Origin: an uncultured cyanobacterium
GTDB taxonomy: Bacteria; Cyanobacteriota; Cyanobacteriia; PCC-6307; Cyanobiaceae
NCBI GenBank assembly: GCA_963697335.1
Contig: CAVONQ010000009.1
Coordinates: forward strand, 1 to 64,000
DNA: 64,000 nt
Direction: 5' to 3'
Below the pieces are notes generated by a model. It saw only the letters and a list, made by a program, of their open reading frames with translations, made no database searches and was not told the origin of the DNA. Below, one piece after another: positions 31,006 through 40,552 of this stretch; within the stretch, counting starts at the first letter, position 1; each line of letters begins with the position of its first letter. Made by a program: the position numbers and the translations under genes.

Positions 31006-32370
31006 TCACTGCGGTTGGGGGGGGGATGGCTTCGGGGCGATGGCGCTGCACACCCGCGGCAGGGTGAATCCCTGCAGCAGCAGGTTCAGCACCACCACCA
31101 CAAACACGATGCCCTGGGCATTGCGGGCCAGCGGCAGGGCCAGGGCCGCATCGACGCCGGCCAGTTGGGGAATGGCCGCCACCAACTGGTACGAGAGGGC
31201 CAGGGGCACGGCGCCGCGCAGGCCACACCAGGCCACCAGCACCCCCTCCCGGCGGCTGAACGGCGAGAGCGGCTGAAACACCAGCACCCCGAGGGGCCTG
31301 GCCACCAGCATCAGGGCCGCAGCGGTGACGAGGCCCATGGGAATCGCGCTCAGCAGATCCGGCGGCGACACCAGCAGTCCGAACAGCAGAAACACCGTGA
31401 TCTCGGTCATGGTGTTGAACGGGAGCAACACCTCCTGGATCGATTCATGGTTCACTTCGGGCCGCCGGTAGCTCATGTTCGTCATGAACACGCCGGTGAC
31501 ATAGACGGCGATGAAGCCCGAGCCGCCCAGCAGGTCGGTGAGGCCGTAATCGGCGAAGGCGATCGACATCGCCACCACCAGCAGCTGGGCCCGCTCGGTG
31601 ACCAGCACATCGATCACGAACTTGGCCACGTAGCCGAACAGCACGCCCAGGATCAGCCCGGAGCCGATCTGCTGCACGAAGGCCCGCAGGCTCTCCAGCA
31701 CCGCCGTGGTCACCACGGTCTCGGCCGCCGCCAGACCTGGAGGCTGTCCGGCGGCGCTACCGGCCGCCTGGCTGAACAGCTCGATCAGCAGCCCATACAC
31801 CAGCAGAGCCGCTGGATCGTTCACGGCCGATTCGAACTCCAGCAGGTGCTGCAGCCGCAGGGGCACCGGGGGCTTCACCTGGGCCAGCACGCTCAGGGTC
31901 GCCCCGGCGTCTGTGGAGCCCAGGCAGGCGGCCAGCAGGAAGGCGGCGCCGAGGGGGATGCCGTTGCCGAAACCCAGGGCCAGGCCGCTGGCGGTGGCCG
32001 ATGACAGCCACCAGATCATTCCCCCCAGCACGCAGGAGGTGACCAGCACTCCCCCCAGGGCCAGCAACAGCCCGTATTCGATGAAGCCCCGGATCGCCTT
32101 CAGGTCGGTTTTCAGGCCGGCGTAGAAGAGCAGCAGGGCCAGGGCGAACACCTGCAGGTTCTCCGCTTCCACATGGGTCACCTCGAGCAGGTTCACGTTC
32201 ACCACCAGCCCGAGCAGCAGCACCCCCAGCACGCCGGGAATGCCGAGGCGGATGGAGAAGCGGCTCACCGCCAGCGTGCCCAGAAACAGCACCCCCACGA
32301 ACAGCAGCCGCCCCTGGATCGGCACGTCGCTGAGGCCGGCGACCGTTCCGACCAGGGAATGAAACGTCAC
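31006..32370 (-). CDS. CPA1 cation:proton antiporter (NhaP/CvrA-like, no C-terminal cytosolic domain)
   Basis: STDAGA, EFESAVNDP, GGSGFIAVY, WCGLRGAVP; about 12 hydrophobic segments. Confidence 0.88.
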   Translation of the reverse strand: MTFHSLVGTVAGLSDVPIQGRLLFVGVLFLGTLAVSRFSIRLGIPGVLGVLLLGLVVNVNLLEVTHVEAENLQVFALALLLFYAGLKTDLKAIRGFIEYGLLLALGGVLVTSCVLGGMIWWLSSATASGLALGFGNGIPLGAAFLLAACLGSTDAGATLSVLAQVKPPVPLRLQHLLEFESAVNDPAALLVYGLLIELFSQAAGSAAGQPPGLAAAETVVTTAVLESLRAFVQQIGSGLILGVLFGYVAKFVIDVLVTERAQLLVVAMSIAFADYGLTDLLGGSGFIAVYVTGVFMTNMSYRRPEVNHESIQEVLLPFNTMTEITVFLLFGLLVSPPDLLSAIPMGLVTAAALMLVARPLGVLVFQPLSPFSRREGVLVAWCGLRGAVPLALSYQLVAAIPQLAGVDAALALPLARNAQGIVFVVVVLNLLLQGFTLPRVCSAIAPKPSPPQPQ

Positions 32371-32518
32371 CGGCTCCGGCTCGCACGATCGGACAGGGCG
32401 ACCGTAGGCGGCTCGGCTGGCCGGCGCCGCCGCCGGCAGCCAGCAATAAGAGCTATGTCAGCGGTGGCCCCAGCCATGATCATCTGACTTAGCAACAGGC
32501 CAAGCCAGCCTCAGCGCG

Positions 32519-34072
32519 ATGGGGTTCTTCATTCGCCTCACCGACGCCATCGCCGCCCGCCAGTCCCTCCTGGTCACCGGTCTGGACCCCAACCCCGAGA
32601 TGCTGCAGAGCTGGGTGGGTCGCCGCGGCATGTCGGCCCGCTCCTTCCTCAGCCAGGCCCGCCACTGGATCAAGGCTGTCGTGGAGGCCACGGCCCCCCA
32701 CGTGTGTGCCTACAAGCCGAGCCTGGGCTTCTACCAGGCCCTGGGGCCGGTGGGGCTCGAGCTGTTGCTGGAGGTGCGCGACCTGGTGCCGCGGGATCTG
32801 CCGCTGATCATCGACAGCAAGCACGGTGATCTCAATTCCTCCTCGGTCCTGGCCCAGTACCTGTTCAAGGAGCTGGCCGCCGACGCCGTGACCCTCTCGC
32901 CGCTGGCCGGACAGGACATCGCCGCCCCCTTCCTGCTCTACCCGGACAAGGCGGTGGTGATCACCTGCCACAGCTCCAACCAGGCGGCCCGGCTGATCCA
33001 GCACTACCCCAGCGAGGAGCAACCCCTCTATCTGCGCATCGTGCGCGAGTGCATGCTCTGGGCTACGCCGGAGCAGCTGCTGCTCGAGATCGGCACCAGT
33101 GATCCGGCCGTGCTGGCGCGGGTGCGGCAGGAGGCTCCGGGGCGGTTCCTGATCCTGCGCAGCCTCTGGGGTGTGGAGGAAAACCTGGAGGCGATGCTGG
33201 CGGCGGGCCTCTCCGACGCCGGCGACGGGCTGCTGTTGCCCCTCCCCCAGAACCTGCTGGTGGAAGACGACATCGCCGAGCGCGCCGAGGCCCTCAAGCT
33301 GCAGATCAACGCCACCCGCAACCAGTGGCTGGAGCAGCGCGCCCAGGGGGCGCAGGACCGCTGCGAGCTGTGGTTGCCGGCGCCCCCGCCGCCGCGGACA
33401 CCCGCCCCCAGCAACGGCAGGCTGCTGGGCTCCCCCGCCGGCCCAGATCCCGGTGCCGCCGCCGATCTGGATGCCCTGATCGTGGAGCTGTTCGACATCG
33501 GCTGCCTCCTGTTCGGGGACTACGTGCAGGCCTCAGGAGCGGTGTTCAACTACTACATCGACCTGCGCCAGATCATCTCCGACCCCAACCTGTTTCATCG
33601 GGTGCTGCATGCCTATGCGGGCCGCATGGAGGAGCTGGCCTTCGATCGCATCGCCGGCATCCCCTACGGCTCCCTGCCCACGGCCACGGGTCTTTCGCTG
33701 CTGCTGCACAAGCCTCTCATCTATCCGCGCAAGGAGGTGAAGGCCCATGGCGCGCGCCGGCTGATCGAGGGCGACTTCGAGGAGGGGGATCTGGTGGTGG
33801 TGGTGGACGACATTCTGATCACCGGCAACAGCGTGCTGGCGGGCATTGCCAAGCTGGAGAGTTCCGGGCTGCAGGTGCAGGATGTGGTGGTGTTCATCGA
33901 CCACGGCGGCGACCACGACCGGCGCGCCAAGCAGCGCCTGGCGGCAGCCGGCTACAACTGCCACGCCGTGCTGGGCATCGACACGATCACGGCGGTGCTG
34001 CATCGCTCGGGACGCCTCACCGACACCCAGGCCAGCCTGCTGCTGCCAGGGGCGGGAGCGGTCGGCCCGTAG
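32519..34072 (+). CDS. pyrFE: Bifunctional OMP decarboxylase / orotate phosphoribosyltransferase
   Basis: GLDPN, AYKPSLGFY, DSKHGD; then YIDLRQ, YPRKEVKAHG, VVVDDILITG. Confidence 0.92.
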   Translation: MGFFIRLTDAIAARQSLLVTGLDPNPEMLQSWVGRRGMSARSFLSQARHWIKAVVEATAPHVCAYKPSLGFYQALGPVGLELLLEVRDLVPRDLPLIIDSKHGDLNSSSVLAQYLFKELAADAVTLSPLAGQDIAAPFLLYPDKAVVITCHSSNQAARLIQHYPSEEQPLYLRIVRECMLWATPEQLLLEIGTSDPAVLARVRQEAPGRFLILRSLWGVEENLEAMLAAGLSDAGDGLLLPLPQNLLVEDDIAERAEALKLQINATRNQWLEQRAQGAQDRCELWLPAPPPPRTPAPSNGRLLGSPAGPDPGAAADLDALIVELFDIGCLLFGDYVQASGAVFNYYIDLRQIISDPNLFHRVLHAYAGRMEELAFDRIAGIPYGSLPTATGLSLLLHKPLIYPRKEVKAHGARRLIEGDFEEGDLVVVVDDILITGNSVLAGIAKLESSGLQVQDVVVFIDHGGDHDRRAKQRLAAAGYNCHAVLGIDTITAVLHRSGRLTDTQASLLLPGAGAVGP

Positions 34073-34114
34073 GCTGAATGTGCGTCCCTGCTACACCCGG
34101 ACGCCCCCTCCGCC

Positions 34115-34330
34115 ATGAGCAGCAGCACAGGCCTCACGATCGGGGAGCTCGAGGCCAATTACTCGCTGTATTGCAAGGCCCTGCGGCGGCTGCTGCAGGA
34201 AGGTCGCAGCCGCACCGCCATTGAGCGCACCGTGTGCTGGAGCCGCCTGGCCCAGCTGCACCTCTGCCTGCCCAGCCGCTACAAGGCTCCGGACTACCTC
34301 TGCGTCGTGCTCAAGCGCGATCTCGCCTAG
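34115..34330 (+). CDS. DUF3136 family small protein (copy 2)
   Basis: LTIGELEANYSLYCKALR...RTVCW...LPSRYKAPDYL. Confidence 0.8.
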   Translation: MSSSTGLTIGELEANYSLYCKALRRLLQEGRSRTAIERTVCWSRLAQLHLCLPSRYKAPDYLCVVLKRDLA

Positions 34331-34394
34331 AACTGCCCGAGCCATGGCGGCCCCGCTGCGGGCCACCACCCCCTAGAGCCAGTCAGAAGCCTGC

Positions 34395-37300
34395 GTGAAG
34401 TCGATCTCGGATCCGTTTCTCCGCCGGCCGGTGCTGACTCTGGTGATCAGCCTGCTCGTGCTGCTGGGTGGCCTGGTGAGCCTGCCGGGGCTCCAGATTG
34501 AGAACCTGCCGGCCATCGCCCCCGGGCGGGTGTCGGTGAGCACGAGCTATCCCGGCGCCAGCCCTGAGGTGGTGGAGCAGGGGGTCACCACCCTGCTGGA
34601 GAAGCAGCTCAACGGCCTGGAGCGCCTCGATCAGATTCGCTCCACCAGCTCGGCGGGCAGCAGCAGCATCACCCTGAGCTTCGAGGGCGGCGACCCCGAG
34701 ATCAACCAGATCAACGCCCAGAACGAGGCGGCGGTGGTGAACCCGCGGCTGCCGCCCCAGGTGGCCCGCTTCGGGGTGCAGGTGCGGCGCAGCTCCGATG
34801 ACCTGCTGATGGTGCTGAGCTTCAGCGCAGAGGCCGGCACCTACGACCAGGTCTTCCTCAGCGGCTGGGTGGAGCAGGTGGTGATCGACCGCCTGCAGCG
34901 GGTGTCAGGCGTCGGCGAGGCGCGGCTGTTCGGGGGCAGTCCGCTGGCCTTCCGGCTCTGGCTGGATCCGGCCCGGCTGAACCAGCTGGGGCTCACAATC
35001 ACTGACGTGCGCGATGCCCTCGAGGAGCAGAACGTGCTGGCGGCCCTGGGCCAGGCCGGTGAGGCGCCCTCCCCCGATGACCAGATGCTCACCCTGCCGC
35101 TGCGCATGGAGGGCCGCCTGCGCAGCGTGCAGGAGTTCGAAAACCTGGTGGTGGCTCCCACGGCCGAGGGCGGCGTGACCCTGCTGCGCGATGTGGGCCG
35201 CGTCACCCTGGGCAGTGAGGACTACGGCGCCATCGCCACCAACCTGCAGGGCCGCCCCACCGTGGCCATGGGCATCTTCCAGCGCGATGGCAGCAATGCC
35301 CTCGAGGTGAGCGCCGGCATCACCGCGGCCCTCGACGAGATCAGCCAAGGCCTGCCTCCAGGCCTCGACTTCCAGGTGATCATCGATGAGGCTGAAACCG
35401 TTCAGCAGAACATCGACCGCACATTGGCCAGCCTGCGTGACGCGGTGCTGCTGGTGTTTCTGGCTTTGCTGCTGGGCCTGGGCAACAGCCGCCTGGCCCT
35501 GATCTCCGCCCTGGCCGTGCCCGTGGCCCTGGTGGGGGCCCTCACCGTGCTGCGGCTCACGGACAGCTCGATCAACACCCTCACCCTGTTCGGCATGGTG
35601 CTGGCCACCGGGCTGGTGGTGGATGACGCCATTGTGGTGAGTGAGGACATCGGCCGCCGCATGGAGCGCGGTCAGCCGCCCCAGCAGGCGGCCCGCGAGG
35701 CGATGGCGGAACTGGGCGGCGCTGTGGTGGCCACCTCCCTGGTGCTGATCGCGGTGTTTCTGCCGGTGCTCACCCTGCAGGGCAGCACCGGCAGGCTGTT
35801 CGCGCCGATCGGCCTCACGATCGGAGCCACGATCGTGTTCTCCACCTTCAACGCCCTCACCTTCACGCCGGTGGCGGCCAGCCGGTTGCTCAAGGCCGGC
35901 GGCCAGGAGGCCCGCTGGCTGCTGCGCTGGATCGACCCGCCGCGGCGGGCCCTCGAATCCCTGGAGGGGCCCTATGACCGCTGGCTCACCCGGGCCCTGG
36001 GCTGGAAGCGCCGCATCGTCGCCCTGCTGCTGGTGGGCCTGGTGGTGACGGCCTTCGCCTATCAGCAGCGCCCCAAGGCCTTCATCCCCCAGGAGGACGG
36101 CAGCCAGCTGCGCGGCATCGTGGTGCTGCCCGATGGCATGGCACTGCAGCGCACCCAGGCGGTGATGGAGGAGGTGCGCCAGGTGGTGGCGAGCGAGCCC
36201 CAGATCGTGACGGGCAACTTCTACGCCGGCCGCTCCTTTGGCGACAGCAGCCCCAACAAGGGCATCTTTTTCCTGCGGCTCAAGCCGGTGGAGGAACGCC
36301 CTGGGCGGGAGCTGACCCCTGCCGCTCTGGCGGGCCGGCTCAACCGGGAGCTTGCCGGTCGCATCGACAACGCCCAGGTGGTGGTGATCGAGGCCCCCAC
36401 GGTGCGGGGTTTCGGCAGCGAGGGCGGCATCGAACTCGACCTGCTGGACACCAGCGGCGGGCGGCTGAGCCTCACTGACTTCCAGGAGGCGGCCCAGGCC
36501 TTCATTGACGCCGCCCAGGCCAGTGGTGACTTCGATCGCGTCGACACCCGCTTCCGGGCCGATGCCCCCCTGGTGCGGCTAGAGCCCGATCGCCTGCAGC
36601 TGGCCTCCCTCGGCGTGGATCTCGAGGAAGTGGTGGAGGTGCTCGGCGCCAGCTTCGGCAGCGAATACGTCAACGACAGCTTCGAGGGCGATCGCGTCCG
36701 CCGCGTGATCGTGCAGCTGGAGGGCTCCGATCGGCGCAATGTGCAGGACGTGCTCGCCCTGCAGGTGCGGGGCCGCGACGACACCCTGGTGCCTCTGGCC
36801 CAGGTGGTGCGGGTGGAGGAGAGCACCGGCCCCACGGTGATCAACCACACCCGGCTGGTGCGCTCGATCGCCATCCGGGCCCAGGCCCGGGCCGGGGTGA
36901 GCACCGGCCAGGCCATGGACCGGCTGCGGCAGGTGCGCCGCGAGCTGGGCAGCACCGCCACCGACCTGGAGTGGGCTGGCCTGGCCCGGGAGGAGGCCCG
37001 CGCCGGCGGCTCCAATGAGGGGGTGTTCCTGCTGGCGGTGCTGGTGATGCTGCTGGTGCTGGCCGGGCTCTACGAGAACTTCATCGACCCGATGATCATC
37101 CTGGTGACGGTGCCCCTGGGGCTGCTGGGGGGCATCGCCGGCCTGGCGATTCGCGACCTGCCCCTGGATGTGTATGGCCGTGTGGGGCTGTTGGTGCTGG
37201 TGAGCCTGGCGGCCAAGAACGGCATCCTGATCGTGGAGTTCGCCAACCAGCGCCTGGCGGCCGGCCTGCCCCTGGAGGAGGCGATCCACGGCGCGGCCGT

Positions 37301-37547
37301 GGCCCGGCTGCGGCCGATCCTGCTCACGGCGATTTCCTCCCTGGCGGGCTTCCTGCCGCTGGTGTTCGCCAGCGGCGCCGGAGCGGCCAGCCGCACCAGC
37401 ATCGGCACGGTGGTGTTCGCCGGGTTGCTGGTGGCCACGGTGCTGAGCCTGTTCGTGGTTCCGGTGGTGTACCGGATCGTCAAGGGCTGGGAGCTGGGCC
37501 GTGCCGAGCGGCTGAAGCTTGCAACTGATGGCGGCGACGGGGCTTGA
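34395..37547 (+). CDS. RND efflux permease (AcrB/HAE1 family)
   Basis: 1050 aa; FLRRPV, YPGASPEVVE, GLVVDDAIVV, AKNGILIVEFAN, RLRPILLT. Confidence 0.94.
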   Translation: MKSISDPFLRRPVLTLVISLLVLLGGLVSLPGLQIENLPAIAPGRVSVSTSYPGASPEVVEQGVTTLLEKQLNGLERLDQIRSTSSAGSSSITLSFEGGDPEINQINAQNEAAVVNPRLPPQVARFGVQVRRSSDDLLMVLSFSAEAGTYDQVFLSGWVEQVVIDRLQRVSGVGEARLFGGSPLAFRLWLDPARLNQLGLTITDVRDALEEQNVLAALGQAGEAPSPDDQMLTLPLRMEGRLRSVQEFENLVVAPTAEGGVTLLRDVGRVTLGSEDYGAIATNLQGRPTVAMGIFQRDGSNALEVSAGITAALDEISQGLPPGLDFQVIIDEAETVQQNIDRTLASLRDAVLLVFLALLLGLGNSRLALISALAVPVALVGALTVLRLTDSSINTLTLFGMVLATGLVVDDAIVVSEDIGRRMERGQPPQQAAREAMAELGGAVVATSLVLIAVFLPVLTLQGSTGRLFAPIGLTIGATIVFSTFNALTFTPVAASRLLKAGGQEARWLLRWIDPPRRALESLEGPYDRWLTRALGWKRRIVALLLVGLVVTAFAYQQRPKAFIPQEDGSQLRGIVVLPDGMALQRTQAVMEEVRQVVASEPQIVTGNFYAGRSFGDSSPNKGIFFLRLKPVEERPGRELTPAALAGRLNRELAGRIDNAQVVVIEAPTVRGFGSEGGIELDLLDTSGGRLSLTDFQEAAQAFIDAAQASGDFDRVDTRFRADAPLVRLEPDRLQLASLGVDLEEVVEVLGASFGSEYVNDSFEGDRVRRVIVQLEGSDRRNVQDVLALQVRGRDDTLVPLAQVVRVEESTGPTVINHTRLVRSIAIRAQARAGVSTGQAMDRLRQVRRELGSTATDLEWAGLAREEARAGGSNEGVFLLAVLVMLLVLAGLYENFIDPMIILVTVPLGLLGGIAGLAIRDLPLDVYGRVGLLVLVSLAAKNGILIVEFANQRLAAGLPLEEAIHGAAVARLRPILLTAISSLAGFLPLVFASGAGAASRTSIGTVVFAGLLVATVLSLFVVPVVYRIVKGWELGRAERLKLATDGGDGA

Positions 37548-37578
37548 GCGGCCCCAGGAGCGGCTGGCTGGGCTGATC

Positions 37579-38463
37579 TCAGGGGGAGGGTCTCTCCGGT
37601 GGGGTATCTGCCGCTGGCGGCTCCTTGGGCGTGGGCGGCCTCAGCCTGGCCTTGGGGAAATGGGGCGCCTGCACCGACGGCAGCACCGGCTCCAGGGGGA
37701 GGGGCGATTCAGGCTCATGCACCCATTCGCTGGCTGAGAAGCGACTCACCAGCAGGCCCATCACCGCCGCGATGTAAAAGGTGCCAACGACCGCCAGCCC
37801 CACGCTGATCATCTGGGCCACGGGAGTGAGCGGCGTGATGTCGCCATAGCCCGTGGTGGTGAGGCTGGCGAAGGCGAAATAGTTCAGCCGCACGAAGTTG
37901 AGCCTCCACACCGGATACACCTGGTCTGCGCTGGTGGCGATCACTGCTGGGAAGCTGACGTTGCTGAAGCTGTTCGGCTGGATCGTCTCCAGGGCTGAAC
38001 AGATCAGGCCACCGGCGAGGCCCAGCATCAGATACCCGGCCACGCTGCCCCGCAGCACATCAGGGGTCACCCGGCGCTCGAGGGCCAGCCCCCGGATCAG
38101 CCGCACCGCACTCCAGAGGCTGAACAGGGCCCAGAGGATCAGCACTGGCAACCCCGACTGCCCCAGCGGCACCGGCGTGAGGTACCAGAGCAAGGCGCTG
38201 CCGAGGGCTCCCCAGCCCAGCAGCTTGAACAGCCGCCGCGGTGTCGCCCCGCACTGCAGCCGCTCCACCGGCTCACCCAGGCCCAGGATCAACACCACCC
38301 CGAGGCCGATGTAGCCCAGCGATGAGAGCCGGTACCACGGCGGCGGCAGGGCCAGGCAGGCCATCACCTGCAGGCAGATCCCGAGCAGCAGCTTGTAGGT
38401 GAGGTGCAGCCGCAGCAGCCGGGTGCGCTGGCGCGTCATGACGACCTGGGGAGCAGTCCCCAT
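37579..38463 (-). CDS. Potassium-channel family membrane protein (Ion_trans_2 pore)
   Basis: YFAFASLTTTGYGDITP filter after several TM helices. Start at 38463 or 38439. Confidence 0.82.
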   Translation of the reverse strand: MGTAPQVVMTRQRTRLLRLHLTYKLLLGICLQVMACLALPPPWYRLSSLGYIGLGVVLILGLGEPVERLQCGATPRRLFKLLGWGALGSALLWYLTPVPLGQSGLPVLILWALFSLWSAVRLIRGLALERRVTPDVLRGSVAGYLMLGLAGGLICSALETIQPNSFSNVSFPAVIATSADQVYPVWRLNFVRLNYFAFASLTTTGYGDITPLTPVAQMISVGLAVVGTFYIAAVMGLLVSRFSASEWVHEPESPLPLEPVLPSVQAPHFPKARLRPPTPKEPPAADTPPERPSP

Positions 38464-38504
38464 GCAACACCCGGGCGAGGGCTGCCGCCACAGCCTGGCC
38501 GGCC

Positions 38505-39281
38505 TCAGGGGCTGCTCTCCAGCAGGCAGTTCACCGCCAGCTCGAACGGCACCGCCGTGGCGGGCAGGGCCAGCAGGTGGGCCACCGTGGCGGCGAGATC
38601 CTCGGGCTGGGTCATGGCCTCCTTCTCGATCGTGCTCACGGCGGCGGCCATGGCGGTGTTCACCCAGCCGGGGCACAGGGCCGTGACCCGGATGCCTGAG
38701 TCCCAGCCCTCGTTGCGCATCGCCTGGCACAGGCCCATCAACGCGAACTTGCTCACCCCGTAGGCGGCCAGGCTGCCCTTCACCCGCTTGCCGCTCATCG
38801 ACACCAGCACCACGAGTCGTCCGTCGCCGCACGCCTGCAGGTGGGGCCAGGCGGCGCGGCCCAGGCGCCAGGGGCCCATCAGGTTCACCTCGAGCAGGCG
38901 GGCAATCTCGGCCTCCTCGCCCGGCCGGTAGCAGACCCTGGCCCGTGACAGGAGGCCGGCGCTGGGCACCAGGGCCTCCACCCCACCCCAGCGCTCGGCC
39001 GTGGCCGCCACCCAGGTCTCGGCGCTGTCGGACTGCTCCGGGGCGGCCAGGGCGTCGTAGGCATGGACCGACAGGGTGCCGGCGTCCTCGCTCCAACCCA
39101 GCTGCTGCAACGTGTCGCGCACGGCGGCCGGATCGCGCACCCCCAGGCTGAGCCGGTGCCCCTCGCTGAGCAGTCTCAGGGCCACCGCCAGGCCGATGCC
39201 GCGGCTGGCTCCGCTCACCATCACGGTGCGGGGGGAGTGGGTGCCCGCCGGGCCTGGGCGCTGGGAACGGGTTGCGGCCAT
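38505..39281 (-). CDS. Short-chain dehydrogenase/reductase
   Basis: SGASRGIG, VSMSG, YGVSK, CPGWVNT. Confidence 0.9.
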   Translation of the reverse strand: MAATRSQRPGPAGTHSPRTVMVSGASRGIGLAVALRLLSEGHRLSLGVRDPAAVRDTLQQLGWSEDAGTLSVHAYDALAAPEQSDSAETWVAATAERWGGVEALVPSAGLLSRARVCYRPGEEAEIARLLEVNLMGPWRLGRAAWPHLQACGDGRLVVLVSMSGKRVKGSLAAYGVSKFALMGLCQAMRNEGWDSGIRVTALCPGWVNTAMAAAVSTIEKEAMTQPEDLAATVAHLLALPATAVPFELAVNCLLESSP

Positions 39282-39370
39282 GGCGGGGAGCATCCAGGGA
39301 GCCGCCATCCTCCCCGGGCTGCCCCAGGCGCCGGATCTGACGGATGATGGGTTGCTGGCCCCGGGTCCCC

Positions 39371-40552
39371 ATGGCGTCTGTCGTTCCTGCCGCCGTTCTT
39401 CCTGCTGCCGTGCTGACCCGGCAGTTCCGCGATGAAGCCAGCCTGGATCAGGAGTTCGTGGTGCTCACCACGGCCTCCAGCCTGATCGCCAGCCTCGGCC
39501 TGCTCGCCAACAGCGCCGCCGTGGTGATCGGCGCCATGTTGATCGCTCCCTGGATCCTGCCCCTGCGCGCCACGGCCTTTGCGATCCTGCAGGGCAGGTT
39601 GCCGCTGGTGGGTCGCGGTCTGCTCACCCTGGCCATCGGGGTGGCCACCACGGTGGTGCTGTCGGCGGGGCTGGGCCTGATCGTGGGGCTGCCGGTGTTC
39701 GGCTCCGAGGTGATCGGCCGCACCAGCCCGAACCTGCTGGATCTGGCCATCGCCATCGTGGCCGGGGCCATTGCCACCTACGCCAAGGTGCGCGTCAAGG
39801 CGGTGGGCTCCCTGGCCGGCACCGCCATCGCCGTGGCCCTGGTGCCGCCGGTCTGCGTGTTTGGGTTGCTGGTGGCGGCCGGCGAGTGGCAGCAGGCCCA
39901 GGGGGCCGGTCTCCTGTTCACCGCCAACCTGCTGGGAATCCTCAGCGGGGCGCTTGTGACCCTGGGGATCACCCGGCCGGAACTGCGCCTGCGACTGTTC
40001 AAGAGTCGTCTGGGCTTTGTGAGCCTGCTGCTCACCGCTCTGCTGCTGGTGCCGCTCAGCACCAGCTTCGTGGGGCTGATCGGCCAGGCCCGCCGCCAGG
40101 CCTCGCTCAACCGGGTGGAGGTGGTGATCGCTGAGAGCCTGCGAAGGGAAACCATCACCCTCGGCAAGGATGCGGAGCTGGTGGGTATCCGCATCGACTG
40201 GGAGGAGAACCCGCCCCTGATTCGCGCTTCGGTGCGGGTGAGCAAGCCCAACCTGCCCACGCCCGAGCAGGTGGCCGCGGTGCAGGACTTCATCAATGAG
40301 CGCCAGTCGATCCGCTACCGGCTGCTGGTGCAGCGCACCTCCATCGATGTGATCGGCCCGGAGACCGCCCCCAATCCGAAGGCCGTGGAGGTGCCGGCTC
40401 AGGAACCCTCCATGCCCTTCGTGCCCTCGGTGCCGCCGCTGCCGGACGACATCACGCCCGGCACCGAGGCCCCCGACCCCCAGCCCCCAGACCCCCTCCT
40501 CAACGTGCCTGGCCAGAACGCGCCGGGCGCGGCAGAACCTCAGATGCCCTGA
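39371..40552 (+). CDS. DUF389 family membrane protein
   Basis: NSAAVVIGAMLIAP, RTSPNLLDLAIA, GTAIAVALVPP; Pro-rich tail. Confidence 0.85.
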   Translation: MASVVPAAVLPAAVLTRQFRDEASLDQEFVVLTTASSLIASLGLLANSAAVVIGAMLIAPWILPLRATAFAILQGRLPLVGRGLLTLAIGVATTVVLSAGLGLIVGLPVFGSEVIGRTSPNLLDLAIAIVAGAIATYAKVRVKAVGSLAGTAIAVALVPPVCVFGLLVAAGEWQQAQGAGLLFTANLLGILSGALVTLGITRPELRLRLFKSRLGFVSLLLTALLLVPLSTSFVGLIGQARRQASLNRVEVVIAESLRRETITLGKDAELVGIRIDWEENPPLIRASVRVSKPNLPTPEQVAAVQDFINERQSIRYRLLVQRTSIDVIGPETAPNPKAVEVPAQEPSMPFVPSVPPLPDDITPGTEAPDPQPPDPLLNVPGQNAPGAAEPQMP

